Assembly: GCA_964494945.1 (NCBI GenBank)
Contig: CAZBTX010000001.1
Location: forward strand, 3,088 to 67,087
DNA: 64,000 nucleotides
Source: an uncultured Candidatus Saccharibacteria bacterium
GTDB taxonomy: Bacteria; Patescibacteriota; Minisyncoccia; Sungbacterales; JACQCQ01
Reading direction: 5' to 3'
Shown: piece after piece, positions 8,393-17,642 of the stretch
How the letters are laid out: each line of letters begins with the position of its first letter
Position numbering within the stretch: the stretch's first letter is position 1
Position numbers and translations under genes: made by a program
The notes under the pieces: model-generated
The model's input: the letters and a program-made list of their open reading frames with translations, nothing else
Told to the model about the DNA's origin: nothing
The model's database searches: none

Positions 8393-8862
8393 TGATTTTG
8401 GCACACCGTTTCGTTTTTAGGCGCGGAGTCAGGCAGTACGGCGTTTAAAACAGAGCTCACAGCATTAACGATAACGCCATTTTTCGGATTTTCCTCCTTT
8501 AACTCTTGGATTAAGACCTTAGCTCCACCCACAGCCGATTGTAGAATTTCTCTTTCTTTTGCCGTTTTGGGTGCCGGAGTTTGGGCGATAACTTGTATCT
8601 CTTTTTCCAGTTTATCTATTATCTCGGCACGCTTTTCCACGGGATTATCTGGTTTTATCCTTTCGGCGATATTGCCGGCGATGGGCGTTATCTTAGCTTT
8701 TAACGGTGGAAGCAGTTTGTCGGGGGAAAAGTTAGAAAGACCCACCGTAGCCATGGCGTTTTGAGCTTTTGCTTTAATGTTCTTTTGTATTTCCGGCGGT
8801 AAGTAGCGAAATCCAATATAGCCGGATACAACTATAGCTGCAATTATAAAAGATGTTTTCAT
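8389..8862 (-). CDS. Hypothetical membrane-anchored protein
   Basis: 157-aa ORF with an N-terminal hydrophobic segment. Confidence 0.65.
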   Translation of the reverse strand: MKTSFIIAAIVVSGYIGFRYLPPEIQKNIKAKAQNAMATVGLSNFSPDKLLPPLKAKITPIAGNIAERIKPDNPVEKRAEIIDKLEKEIQVIAQTPAPKTAKEREILQSAVGGAKVLIQELKEENPKNGVIVNAVSSVLNAVLPDSAPKNETVCQNH

Positions 8863-9111
8863 AAGATAAGCAAATTCATAATAGCATAAATTTTGTGGTG
8901 TTTTATGGTGTTCGGGGTCTTATCCCGCCTTATATCCCTAATTCGCACGAATTAGGGATATATTACAATTATCTGCTATAGCATGTTATTGATGTAATTT
9001 TAAAATTCAAGAATATGAAAAAGACACAAAAATTCAATTTGACCAAGCGTAAAGCGCTGTGCTACGAATAAGACGTTCGCTGACATCTGAATATAAAAAC
9101 GAAAGGGGGCG

Positions 9112-10194
9112 ATGCTGGTGGGACGAAAGTTGGTGAGACGAAGGATGGGGGATTTGCCTAGAGTTCTAAAACAGGGCGCTGTTGCCGTTTTTGTCGTTGA
9201 CGCCGCAACTTCATCCGCTAGCATCGTTTCTCACGTTGCTGCTGTTGAGAAGGCGGCACTGAAACTCGCGATTTTCTTAGAGAAAGATGCGAGCGGCAAA
9301 GAAGAAGTACTGGCGGAGATGGGCATCTTTAGGGGACGTCCCTATCGATCGAACCATAAGGCACGCAATTTTGTTGGGATGCGTTCTTATAAGCGCTCAC
9401 TAACAGAGGTTCAAGCGGGGCTGGCGGCGCGGCATATCTGCCTTTTTCTAGACGGCCTAGTGCACCACCGTAGCCAGCAGGAGAAATTGCCAGGCGAGAA
9501 CGGCAGAATGCGCACGCGCGGCTGGGCCCCGCCCGAGATCGATTGGAACTTCAGGCGTCCCTACGGACCTTGTATCACCATCGAAGAGCGCGATTCCGCC
9601 CTACTCCGTCTTTTTGAGGAGCTGGAGACGCTGAATCCGCTTCTCGGCTGGGGAGTGCAGAAGGTAGCGAACGTCGCCAATCATGGTAACTTTCAGAAGA
9701 CCTACCGTGTCCGGAAGAAGGGTGGTAAGTTTCCCAAAAGTTGGTGGGAAGCAGTTGAACTTCTGAAGAAGCGCGACCGGCGGCCGTATTTGAGGCCGCA
9801 TGTTTTGGCGAAAATCGCTTGCCGCGTCAGAAATACTTCCAAGCGGGACAAGCTGTATAACGCGAAGCGTTTCATCGAACTCTGCCGTGAGGAAGAGCTC
9901 GTCGGCCCGTGGGGATACGATCGGGCGCCGCATTATCTCACGCATCCGTACAAGTTTAAGATCCTCCCGCGGGGGGCGGAGTTCTGGGACGTGCTGGAGG
10001 GAAACCACGGCGTGGCCGTAAGTTTCATCCGCAAGATCGAGAGCCGCTACACGATTCGTATCGTGGAGCGAAGAGCAAGTTGGCACAGGAGGAACGAAAA
10101 ACACCAAGCAGCCAACGGTCACACAGAACAAGGTGATCTCTTCGCCGACGATGCGGCGTTCCAAGAGTTCTCACGCATCATTGACGAAGCTTAG
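9112..10194 (+). CDS. Hypothetical basic protein with a C-terminal beta-clamp-binding-like motif
   Basis: 360-aa Arg/Lys-rich ORF; EQGDLF near the C-terminus; AAAGGGGG before ATG. Confidence 0.65.
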   Translation: MLVGRKLVRRRMGDLPRVLKQGAVAVFVVDAATSSASIVSHVAAVEKAALKLAIFLEKDASGKEEVLAEMGIFRGRPYRSNHKARNFVGMRSYKRSLTEVQAGLAARHICLFLDGLVHHRSQQEKLPGENGRMRTRGWAPPEIDWNFRRPYGPCITIEERDSALLRLFEELETLNPLLGWGVQKVANVANHGNFQKTYRVRKKGGKFPKSWWEAVELLKKRDRRPYLRPHVLAKIACRVRNTSKRDKLYNAKRFIELCREEELVGPWGYDRAPHYLTHPYKFKILPRGAEFWDVLEGNHGVAVSFIRKIESRYTIRIVERRASWHRRNEKHQAANGHTEQGDLFADDAAFQEFSRIIDEA

Positions 10195-10211
10195 AAGAAA
10201 GGAGGCGCGGC

Positions 10212-11399
10212 ATGGCTAAGCTCGGTACGGGCGCGGCCCTGCCGCGCCCTGATCTCGAACGAGCGGAGTTCGTGTTTCAGAAGCTCGCGAGGGCATGGCG
10301 GGAGCGTGAAAGCGGTGGGTACTTCGGGGGTCTGGTGGCGCCGCAACAACGCTATATGCCCGAAGTCATCAAGAAAAATCCCGACCGCGTCGCGCAGTTC
10401 CTCACGTTTTCCGCCATACTCATGCGCGGCTCGGTTGACTCGGATCATATGTTCGCTTTCGTGGAGAAGTTCTACCGCCTGTACCCTCACTTTTTTGACC
10501 CGCGGGTGCTGGCGCGAACAAAACCGGATGTTTTGGAATCGGTCTTGCGTGAAACCGCGCGCCTTTCTTATCCTAGGGCCTCATATGAGCGCCTCAAAGG
10601 GATAGGCCCGCTCGGGTACAAAGCGGACGAGTTCATACAGCATCTTATCGCCATGGCGCGGGGGATCTGCGATCAATGGGAAGGAGATGCGCGGAATATC
10701 TTCTACGGCGTCAGCAACTTTGACGAGGCGGTGAAGCGCGTCAAGTTCCAGGGCATAGGAGAAAAAATCCTGGCGCTCTGGATGCTGTGGTTCTGGGAGT
10801 TCGGGTTGATACCCAAGGATGTGTCGCTGCCGGGTGTGGCGGACTTTCACTTCCTCCGGATACTTCTCGCCAACCGCATTTGGCAGCCGGAGTTAAAGCC
10901 GCTTCGTGAGGTAGTGCGCGCCGCAGGCCAAAAGCGGTTTCTGCCGCACCTTCTGGAGACGCCGGGCGTGAGGGTTTTAGACAGCACGCGCAATCGCCTG
11001 ATGCGCTGGACGGACGAGTTCCTGCGAGACTTGGGGCTTGACTCTTATGATGTCTCGCACGGTACGTGGTATCTGTCACGGGAGTTCTGCTCGCTCTATC
11101 CCGGGAACAGGGCATCCTCTACCGGTAGGAAAAAGCGAAACGAGATAGTCATAACCGGTTTCGCGGATCTCATAGGGCTTGAGCGCGGCGAGGGCTGGCC
11201 CGATCGTCCCGACTACTGCGGCACCTGCCCGCTCTCATCAACCTGCGAGCTCTCGGTCCCCAACGCGCCGTACTACAGGAACGGCGTAATGGCGGTGGTG
11301 GGGAAGCGCATTCATTCGCCGTTTACGGAACTGCCGGTTATGCGCGAGGTGCCGAGAGACTTTAAGGAAAGGTCATCGGCCTGGAGCCCCGCCCGTTGA
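10212..11399 (+). CDS. Divergent HhH-GPD (endonuclease III-like) DNA glycosylase with [4Fe-4S] motif
   Basis: HhH FQGIGEKIL, catalytic-Asp-like ADFHFLRI, C...CGTCPLSSTC; AAGGAGG SD. Confidence 0.75.
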   Translation: MAKLGTGAALPRPDLERAEFVFQKLARAWRERESGGYFGGLVAPQQRYMPEVIKKNPDRVAQFLTFSAILMRGSVDSDHMFAFVEKFYRLYPHFFDPRVLARTKPDVLESVLRETARLSYPRASYERLKGIGPLGYKADEFIQHLIAMARGICDQWEGDARNIFYGVSNFDEAVKRVKFQGIGEKILALWMLWFWEFGLIPKDVSLPGVADFHFLRILLANRIWQPELKPLREVVRAAGQKRFLPHLLETPGVRVLDSTRNRLMRWTDEFLRDLGLDSYDVSHGTWYLSREFCSLYPGNRASSTGRKKRNEIVITGFADLIGLERGEGWPDRPDYCGTCPLSSTCELSVPNAPYYRNGVMAVVGKRIHSPFTELPVMREVPRDFKERSSAWSPAR

Positions 11400-11428
11400 A
11401 GCACAGCGCGGCGGGGCTCTTTTCTTTT
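11384..11428 (+). terminator. Rho-independent terminator
   Basis: GAGCCCCGCC...GGCGGGGCTC followed by TTTTCTTTT. Confidence 0.75.
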
Positions 11429-11455
11429 GCGGGAAAATTGGACATAATGTTCGGG

Positions 11456-11776
11456 ATGATTACACTTGACGATTTTAAGAAAGTTGAAATGAAAGTCGGC
11501 AAAGTTTTGGCGGCCGAACGTGTAGATGACTCGGAGAAACTTTTGAAATTGCGGGTAGATATCGGGAGCGAGAAGCGGCAAATTATCGCGGGTATAGGCA
11601 GCTATTACGCTCCGGAGGAGCTTATGGGGCGAAATATCATAGTTGTCGTGAATTTAGAGCCGCGGATGTTGATGGGCTTAGAATCACAGGGTATGCTACT
11701 CGCAGCTTCCTGTGAGGGCGAAATTTCGATTATTATACCGGATAAAGACGTGGCGCCCGGATCAATTATTCGCTGA
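11456..11776 (+). CDS. Stand-alone tRNA-binding OB domain (MetG C-terminal/Trbp111/CsaA family)
   Basis: ITLDDFKKVEMKVG...KRQIIAGI...NLEPRMLMGLESQGMLLAA. Confidence 0.9.
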   Translation: MITLDDFKKVEMKVGKVLAAERVDDSEKLLKLRVDIGSEKRQIIAGIGSYYAPEELMGRNIIVVVNLEPRMLMGLESQGMLLAASCEGEISIIIPDKDVAPGSIIR

Positions 11777-11794
11777 TAAAAAGATAAAAACAGT

Positions 11795-12262
11795 ATGGAA
11801 GCGCTATTATCAAAAAAATTTATTCTTATTACTCTTGGGTTTTTAGTTGTGCTGGCACTTGTTACTAGTTTTGGTTTGCGCTGGTATAGCGCTAGGCAGG
11901 AAGCGGCCGGAACCGCTAAAGAAGAAGCGGCTCGTCAAAATGAAACGAATGCCGCCAGGAATATCAAAGAAAATCGTGTGAATTATATCGATGATGGTTT
12001 CTCGCCAAAGGAACTTACTATTGCGGCCGATAGGGGACTGGGTTGCGTGGTGAATGTAGAAAATCAAAGTACTCACGCACTGACGGTTGGTCTTTCGCCG
12101 CATAATCCCGTCAAAGACCCAGGCCAAAATTATCTTCCCGTGCCGCCGGGAGAGAACGTCATGTTTGACCCGCGTTATTCCGGGTACACGGAACTTAGTT
12201 TTCACGACCACGAACGGCCGCAATTTGAATTTACCGTAAAATTTGAGAAGTCATGTCAATGA
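11795..12262 (+). CDS. Membrane-anchored cupredoxin-like protein
   Basis: N-terminal TM; DGFSPKELTI...FHDH. Confidence 0.55.
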   Translation: MEALLSKKFILITLGFLVVLALVTSFGLRWYSARQEAAGTAKEEAARQNETNAARNIKENRVNYIDDGFSPKELTIAADRGLGCVVNVENQSTHALTVGLSPHNPVKDPGQNYLPVPPGENVMFDPRYSGYTELSFHDHERPQFEFTVKFEKSCQ

Positions 12263-12390
12263 TCTCTTTCTAGGTCAATACTTCGCTATAGCAGAGTATT
12301 GTACGTTCCAATGTTTTGCAGAACATTGGAACATATTTTAGGTTGGTTCGGGTTAATTAGGTCGTAAATTATGTCTGGATTTAGTATCAG

Positions 12391-13284
12391 TCAGTATTGG
12401 TAAGTGTCCACGATGAGGCTGTTTTCGTCGTAGAGGGTTATAATATCGTGGAGTTCGCGCCAGAGTTTTTCGGTGCGGTTTAGATATAGATGCCAGGTGT
12501 TCCTGTAAAAATCTGAAGCATTCCTGAAGTCGTCAACGCACCCCCGGTAATGCATATGATTGGCGATAAATTGGGTACATTCGTCTCCGATGCCGATGGT
12601 GGCCTCACCGGAAATAACGGGTATGCGGCAGGTCGAAAATTTACTTTCTAAAAAGCGCAGGCACACGTCTTTTAAGCTGACAAGTTTGGCAATATCGATC
12701 CGCGGGCACGATTCCGAAAGCCGCGGCGAGAAATCGTTATTTTCGTTAAGGTATCCCGTGCAGGCGTTCTCCCGAAATCCAACATTGACAGGACTGGAAC
12801 CCGTGTGGATGAAAGCTTCTTGATTAGGTTCAAATTTTACCACCGACTTATCAGACACTAACGGGATCAGCGCACCCTCTCCTAAGAGATAACGCTTACC
12901 CTGGGTGTTCGCGAGGGACCAATTGTGAATGTAGATCGGCCCTTTCTTATTCCCCGTATTGTAAATTCTCACGTATTGATCGCGAATCCCGCCGTAGGCC
13001 GCGCCGCTGACGCTTGAAATTTTAACGCTGCCGCGGAAGCCAGAGATGCCAGATTCTGGTTTTAGCACCGGTGCCGGCGGTTCATAACCCGTGCCGCCTG
13101 CCGGAGCCGGTTCTTTAACTCCAGCCGGTGATGAGCCCCAAAACCCGCCGCCGGGTCCGGAGGCGCGGGGGCCGGGAGATAAGAAGTTAAATCCCAAAGT
13201 CCCTTCTTTCACGATGCCAAATCCGCCGGTTGCGATTACCGCGACCGCCACCAAAAGCCCAAAAATTAGAAATACTTTGTCCAT
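12391..13284 (-). CDS. Secreted protein with a lamin-tail-like domain
   Basis: Signal/TM, Pro/Gly linker, QYVRIYN...IHNWSL...DIITLYDENSLIVD. Confidence 0.65.
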   Translation of the reverse strand: MDKVFLIFGLLVAVAVIATGGFGIVKEGTLGFNFLSPGPRASGPGGGFWGSSPAGVKEPAPAGGTGYEPPAPVLKPESGISGFRGSVKISSVSGAAYGGIRDQYVRIYNTGNKKGPIYIHNWSLANTQGKRYLLGEGALIPLVSDKSVVKFEPNQEAFIHTGSSPVNVGFRENACTGYLNENNDFSPRLSESCPRIDIAKLVSLKDVCLRFLESKFSTCRIPVISGEATIGIGDECTQFIANHMHYRGCVDDFRNASDFYRNTWHLYLNRTEKLWRELHDIITLYDENSLIVDTYQY

Positions 13285-13393
13285 CCCGTTAGAAGCAGAT
13301 CGCGATCAGAGTCGCTTTCTGCTTATAATAATCTCTTAATAATGCCATAATTTATTCTTTAAACTTCTTTCGCGATCGCGGCTTCTAACGGGA
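13285..13393 (-). mobile_element. MITE-like element at a start codon (TCCCGTTAGAAGC family)
   Basis: Terminal IRs CCCGTTAGAAGC/GCTTCTAACGGG; flanking ATGGA duplication; second copy at 17530-17642. Confidence 0.8.
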
Positions 13394-13413
13394 TCCATGT
13401 CTAAAGTTTATAT

Positions 13414-14484
13414 TTATAGAAGCACCGCGCCGATGATATCAGGATGTCCGCGTATGAATTCTTCGGCGGTCATCGACTTTCCGCCCGCGGGGCATAATCG
13501 GTCAACGGCCAACGCTCCCTTCGCGGTTTCCACCGCCATAGGCGTTCCCTCGGCTCGCCAGACGGTGCCGGGCGGATTCACCCGAGTACTCGGTATGGCG
13601 CGAGCGGCTTCTATCTTCAAGCGTAGCGCATCACGGTCCCTCTGCCAAAAACAGTGCGATTCGGGCCAGCGGAGGTAAGCCCTGATCTGGCGTTCCAACT
13701 CTTCGGCGGTTTTATCCCACGTGAGCTTGCCGTCCTCTTTTTTCAGTATTTTCGTGTAGGTCGCGAACGCATGGTCTTGCGGAGCCGGTTCTAAACTCCC
13801 TTGAAGCCAGGCCGGAATGGCATTTTTGGCGCACTCCGCGCCAAGTTTCGCCAGCCGCTTTGAAAGCGTTTGTCCGGTATCCCGGTCTTCAATCCGGAGT
13901 CGCGCTTGGGTTAAAATCGGGCCGTGGTCCATTTCTTTGTCCATTAGCATAATAGTGACACCGGTCTCTTTTTCTCCCGCCAGAATAGCGCTTTCAATCG
14001 GGGAAGCGCCGCGATACTTGGGAAGGAGCGACGGATGGATATTCAAAGCGCCGTGCCTGGGAATGCCGAGAATCTCATCGGGAATTATCTTGCCGTAAGC
14101 CGCCACTAAGAAGAGGTCGGAGTCTAGATCGCGCAACATTCTCACAAACTCTGGGTCGCGCAAGGTTTCCGGCTGGAAGATTTTAATACCGTGATTTAGG
14201 GCGAATTCTTTCACGGGGGTAGGGGATAATATTTGGGCTCTCCCCACCGGACGTGGGGGGTTGGTAACTACCGCTACTACCTCCATTCCCGCATTCAAGA
14301 CCTCCGAAAGCGCCGGCACGGAGAATTCAGGGGTGCCCCAAAAAACAATGCGCGGGTTTTTATCCCCACACCTTCCCGAATACCCCACGGTCTTGCTGCG
14401 GGGATGAAGGGCGGATTCAGATCCTTCTCGCGGAGTATAATACCCCGTGGGAAGGTGTGGGGATTTATTAGAAACGTGTTTCAT
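13414..14484 (-). CDS. fmt: Methionyl-tRNA formyltransferase; N-terminus extended by an in-frame repeat
   Basis: IVFWGTPEF, NIHPSLLPKYRGASPI, EMDHGPI. Confidence 0.95.
   Translation of the reverse strand: MKHVSNKSPHLPTGYYTPREGSESALHPRSKTVGYSGRCGDKNPRIVFWGTPEFSVPALSEVLNAGMEVVAVVTNPPRPVGRAQILSPTPVKEFALNHGIKIFQPETLRDPEFVRMLRDLDSDLFLVAAYGKIIPDEILGIPRHGALNIHPSLLPKYRGASPIESAILAGEKETGVTIMLMDKEMDHGPILTQARLRIEDRDTGQTLSKRLAKLGAECAKNAIPAWLQGSLEPAPQDHAFATYTKILKKEDGKLTWDKTAEELERQIRAYLRWPESHCFWQRDRDALRLKIEAARAIPSTRVNPPGTVWRAEGTPMAVETAKGALAVDRLCPAGGKSMTAEEFIRGHPDIIGAVLL
14359..14468. repeat. CCCCACAC-family element, long form, in frame in the fmt 5' end
   Basis: Colinear with 1248-1360; encodes about 36 aa before the Fmt core. 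Confidence 0.85.
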
Positions 14485-15001
14485 CGGGTGTTATGTCAAA
14501 GAGGCGGACTACCTTGTCAATGAAAAGAATGCCGTCCAGATGGTCCAACTCATGCTGGATGACGCGCGCGAAAAATTTGGAAGCGCCGTGCGAAAATTTT
14601 TTGCCGTTCTCATCATAGGCCTCCACTTCAATTTTTTCCGGCCGCCCGACGATGCCGTATTTGCCGGGCACCGAAAGGCATCCCTCCACGAACTCGGTCT
14701 TTTTTGTTGAGAACTTTTTAATGACAGGATTGATATAAACGTATTGGGCCCAATTTTCGCGCTCCCGCCGCTTAGGGTCTTCAATGAATTTTGCTTCTTC
14801 GGAAACGACAAAAACGCGAAGTGGTATGCCGATTTGCGGCGCGGCAATGCCGATGCCGTCTCGGCTGGCAGAGAGTGCCGCTTTCATGTTTTCAATTTTT
14901 TGAGCAACTTTGGGTGAACCGAGGGAGGCCAAGTCCACCTCTTGAGAACGTCGGCGGAGCAGGGGATTGGGTTCGGTCAATATACGCGGTGTCATGGGCA
15001 T
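14468..15001 (-). CDS. def: Peptide deformylase
   Basis: GIGIAAPQIG, EGCLS, QHELDHLDG. Confidence 0.97.
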   Translation of the reverse strand: MPMTPRILTEPNPLLRRRSQEVDLASLGSPKVAQKIENMKAALSASRDGIGIAAPQIGIPLRVFVVSEEAKFIEDPKRRERENWAQYVYINPVIKKFSTKKTEFVEGCLSVPGKYGIVGRPEKIEVEAYDENGKKFSHGASKFFARVIQHELDHLDGILFIDKVVRLFDITPDETRF

Positions 15002-15003
15002 AA

Positions 15004-16935
15004 TTAAAGCAATGATTCCGGCCCCACGTCAATGAGAACCTCCGCGGGCACCGTTTCGGCGATCAGGCGCTTGGCTGATAGCGATTCGCCGGCGCTTATT
15101 ATTTTTACCAGGATATGAAAAATAAAAACGCCCTTTTTCTTCTCTATGTAAGCAGGATAGGGGTTGGTTATTTCTACGATGCCGCGTCCCAGCTGATGTT
15201 CCAGGACCTGCAATAAGCTGTAAAGTTTTTTAACTCGGGAGAGAGCTTTTTCGCGTGATGTATCATTGACAGTTAATTTTATCAGTTCTCCGTAAGGGGG
15301 GTAATTGAATTTTTTTCTTTCTTTTAATTCTTTCTCGGCGAAATATTCAAAACTGCCGTGGAAGAGGTCCGAAAGCACTTCCGGTTCCTTGGCAAAACTT
15401 TGCAGAATGAAGATCTTAAGGGCGAGAGCGCGCACCACGGATAGAATTCTGAAAAGCCGCTCGTTTTGGGCAAAGTCGGGGAGCGATAGCGCCGTGTCAA
15501 TGCTGACCACGGCCGCCAAGTCAAAGGTCGGGAGTTCTATGCCCGAGATGGCAAATTCCGTGCCGACGGCGATGTAAGAACTAAGTTTGTTTAATTTATC
15601 GGAAATGAGCTTTATGTTATCCGCTTTTTTTGATTCTCCCAAACTTACGGGAATAATGGGCATCTCCGGAAACATTTTCTTCAGTTCTTTTACCACGCGT
15701 TCAACGCCGATGCCGTAGAATTTCAGACGGTGTGAGCCGCATTCGCGGCAGACATCGGGCGGACTCTGCTTGGCGCCGCAGTGATGACAGAGAAGGGTAG
15801 ATTCGGACATGGATTCCTGCGTATGGTATACAAGCGGCACGGCGCAGTCGGTACACTTGAAAATATAACCGCATTCTTGGCACAAAATGAAGGGGGCGAA
15901 CCCTTTGCGGTTTACGAACAAGAACGCACGGCCCGCGTCATGTACCAGAGTTCGCAGTTTATCTTTTAGGACTTGAGAAAATATCACAAACCCTTTGGCT
16001 TCCTTAATTTCTTTTTGCATGTCGGCGAATATGGAAACAGCCAACGTGCGGGGTGACGGGAGTATCACGAGGCGTTTGTTGGGTCCGCCGTCCTTGACCA
16101 GTTCGTAAGCGCTAAGCGAGGGAGGCGCTCCGGCCATTATAAGAGTGCTGCCGTGCATGGCTTGGAGTTTCTTGGCCACATCCCGAACGTGATATTTAGG
16201 GGCCTGATCCCAGGATTTATGAGCAGGAGAGCCGTCGTCATCAATTATGACGAGGCCTAGATTAATAAAAGGCAGAAATAGCGCGGCCCTGGTGCCGACA
16301 ATCGCCATGGATTCACCCGTTCTTATCCTATGCCAAGTTTCTCGCAGTCCCTTTTTAGGCAAAACACTGCTGAAATTACGTATCTTATCGGAAGTCAGTG
16401 CGCCAGATATTTCATTAAATAGAGTTTCGCTCTTTGTAATTTCGGGCGCTATGACCAAAACCTGTTCGGACCTGGCTAGAGTTTCCACTACGGCACTTTT
16501 ATATCTTTCTATTGCTCCCGGTCCGATTATGACCTCGGTTCTTGGAATATTGATAGCTGGGCTTTCTAGCCGGGCACCCCAATGATTTATATCACCGGCA
16601 GTAATGAACGAAGGTATCAGCATTTTCAAAATGACGCCAGGCGAAGTTAGGTAATATCGGGATAGCCACCACAACATTTCCACATCACGAGAGCTAAATA
16701 CTGGTTCCTCTTTTAGAACTTTTTTTATTTTTTTCAGCGTAAAAGAAGCGGAACGCAAATTTTGCTTGGCGTGCCGCACCGGGGAGGACTTTATTACAAG
16801 GCCCAAGAGTTTTTGACGACTTATCTCAATTTCAACCAACACCCCCGTGGCCAAGGACGAAGCATGGAAATATGAAAATGACTCCGGCAGCGATTTAGGC
16901 AAACGTGCCAGGGGTATGACTTCAATTAGAAACAT
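15004..16935 (-). CDS. priA: Primosomal protein N' with degenerate helicase motifs
   Basis: 3'-binding domain, GTRAALFLP, PKYHVRDVA, four CxxC, YPPY C-terminal domain. Confidence 0.9.
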   Translation of the reverse strand: MFLIEVIPLARLPKSLPESFSYFHASSLATGVLVEIEISRQKLLGLVIKSSPVRHAKQNLRSASFTLKKIKKVLKEEPVFSSRDVEMLWWLSRYYLTSPGVILKMLIPSFITAGDINHWGARLESPAINIPRTEVIIGPGAIERYKSAVVETLARSEQVLVIAPEITKSETLFNEISGALTSDKIRNFSSVLPKKGLRETWHRIRTGESMAIVGTRAALFLPFINLGLVIIDDDGSPAHKSWDQAPKYHVRDVAKKLQAMHGSTLIMAGAPPSLSAYELVKDGGPNKRLVILPSPRTLAVSIFADMQKEIKEAKGFVIFSQVLKDKLRTLVHDAGRAFLFVNRKGFAPFILCQECGYIFKCTDCAVPLVYHTQESMSESTLLCHHCGAKQSPPDVCRECGSHRLKFYGIGVERVVKELKKMFPEMPIIPVSLGESKKADNIKLISDKLNKLSSYIAVGTEFAISGIELPTFDLAAVVSIDTALSLPDFAQNERLFRILSVVRALALKIFILQSFAKEPEVLSDLFHGSFEYFAEKELKERKKFNYPPYGELIKLTVNDTSREKALSRVKKLYSLLQVLEHQLGRGIVEITNPYPAYIEKKKGVFIFHILVKIISAGESLSAKRLIAETVPAEVLIDVGPESLL

Positions 16936-17012
16936 AGCTAGGCGTATGATAGCAGAAACCAAGTCTTGCGGCAGTAGGTTATAAGGTAAAACTGACGCGA
17001 GGAGGAAAATCA

Positions 17013-17459
17013 TTGGAAAGTATTTGGGAGTACGTAATACCGTTTTCGAGAGAAGTACTCACGGGAATAGTCACTGACCGAAGTCCCGCGCATATCGGTC
17101 CCTACGCTCATGCTATTGATTTTCTCATGCCGCCTGGTTCAGTAGTCCTCGCGCCACGTGGTGGGCGAGTAATAGCGATGAAAGATGATGGCAGGTTAGG
17201 GGGCCCCAGCCGCTCGTTTGCCGAGCACGCGAACTATGTTACGCTCGCGCATGGCCAGAACGAGTTTTCCGAACTCGTGCATCTCGCACCAGCATCGATT
17301 CGGGTGTCAGTTGGCCAATGGGTCGAGGAAGGAGACCCACTCTGTCTTACTGGACTGACCGGCTGGCTTTATGAGCCCCATCTCCATTTTATGGTCTTTG
17401 TAACACTCCCCGACAGAAGTTTTCAGAGCCGCAGGGCTCGGTTCAGGGTTCCGCTATGA
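17013..17459 (+). CDS. Stand-alone M23 metallopeptidase domain
   Basis: AH...AIDF, VLAPRGG, HL, TGW...PHLHF; GAGGAGG SD with TTG start. Confidence 0.85.
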   Translation: MESIWEYVIPFSREVLTGIVTDRSPAHIGPYAHAIDFLMPPGSVVLAPRGGRVIAMKDDGRLGGPSRSFAEHANYVTLAHGQNEFSELVHLAPASIRVSVGQWVEEGDPLCLTGLTGWLYEPHLHFMVFVTLPDRSFQSRRARFRVPL

Positions 17460-17529
17460 TATTGTGCGGGACCCTTTTGTATTTAGATTGACGCATACAT
17501 ATTTCTTTGAGAAGATAGCTTTGATGGAG

Positions 17530-17642
17530 TCCCGTTAGAAGCCGCGATCGCGGTTCGCGGGTTTAAATAGCAATGAAGCTAGAACTAATAAAACAATCTA
17601 ATTCGCAGAAAGCGACTCCGATCGCGATCTGCTTCTAACGGG
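17530..17642 (+). mobile_element. MITE-like element at the start codon of the S41 protease gene
   Basis: TCCCGTTAGAAGC...GCTTCTAACGGG flanked by an ATGGAG duplication (17524-17529, 17643-17648). Confidence 0.8.
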
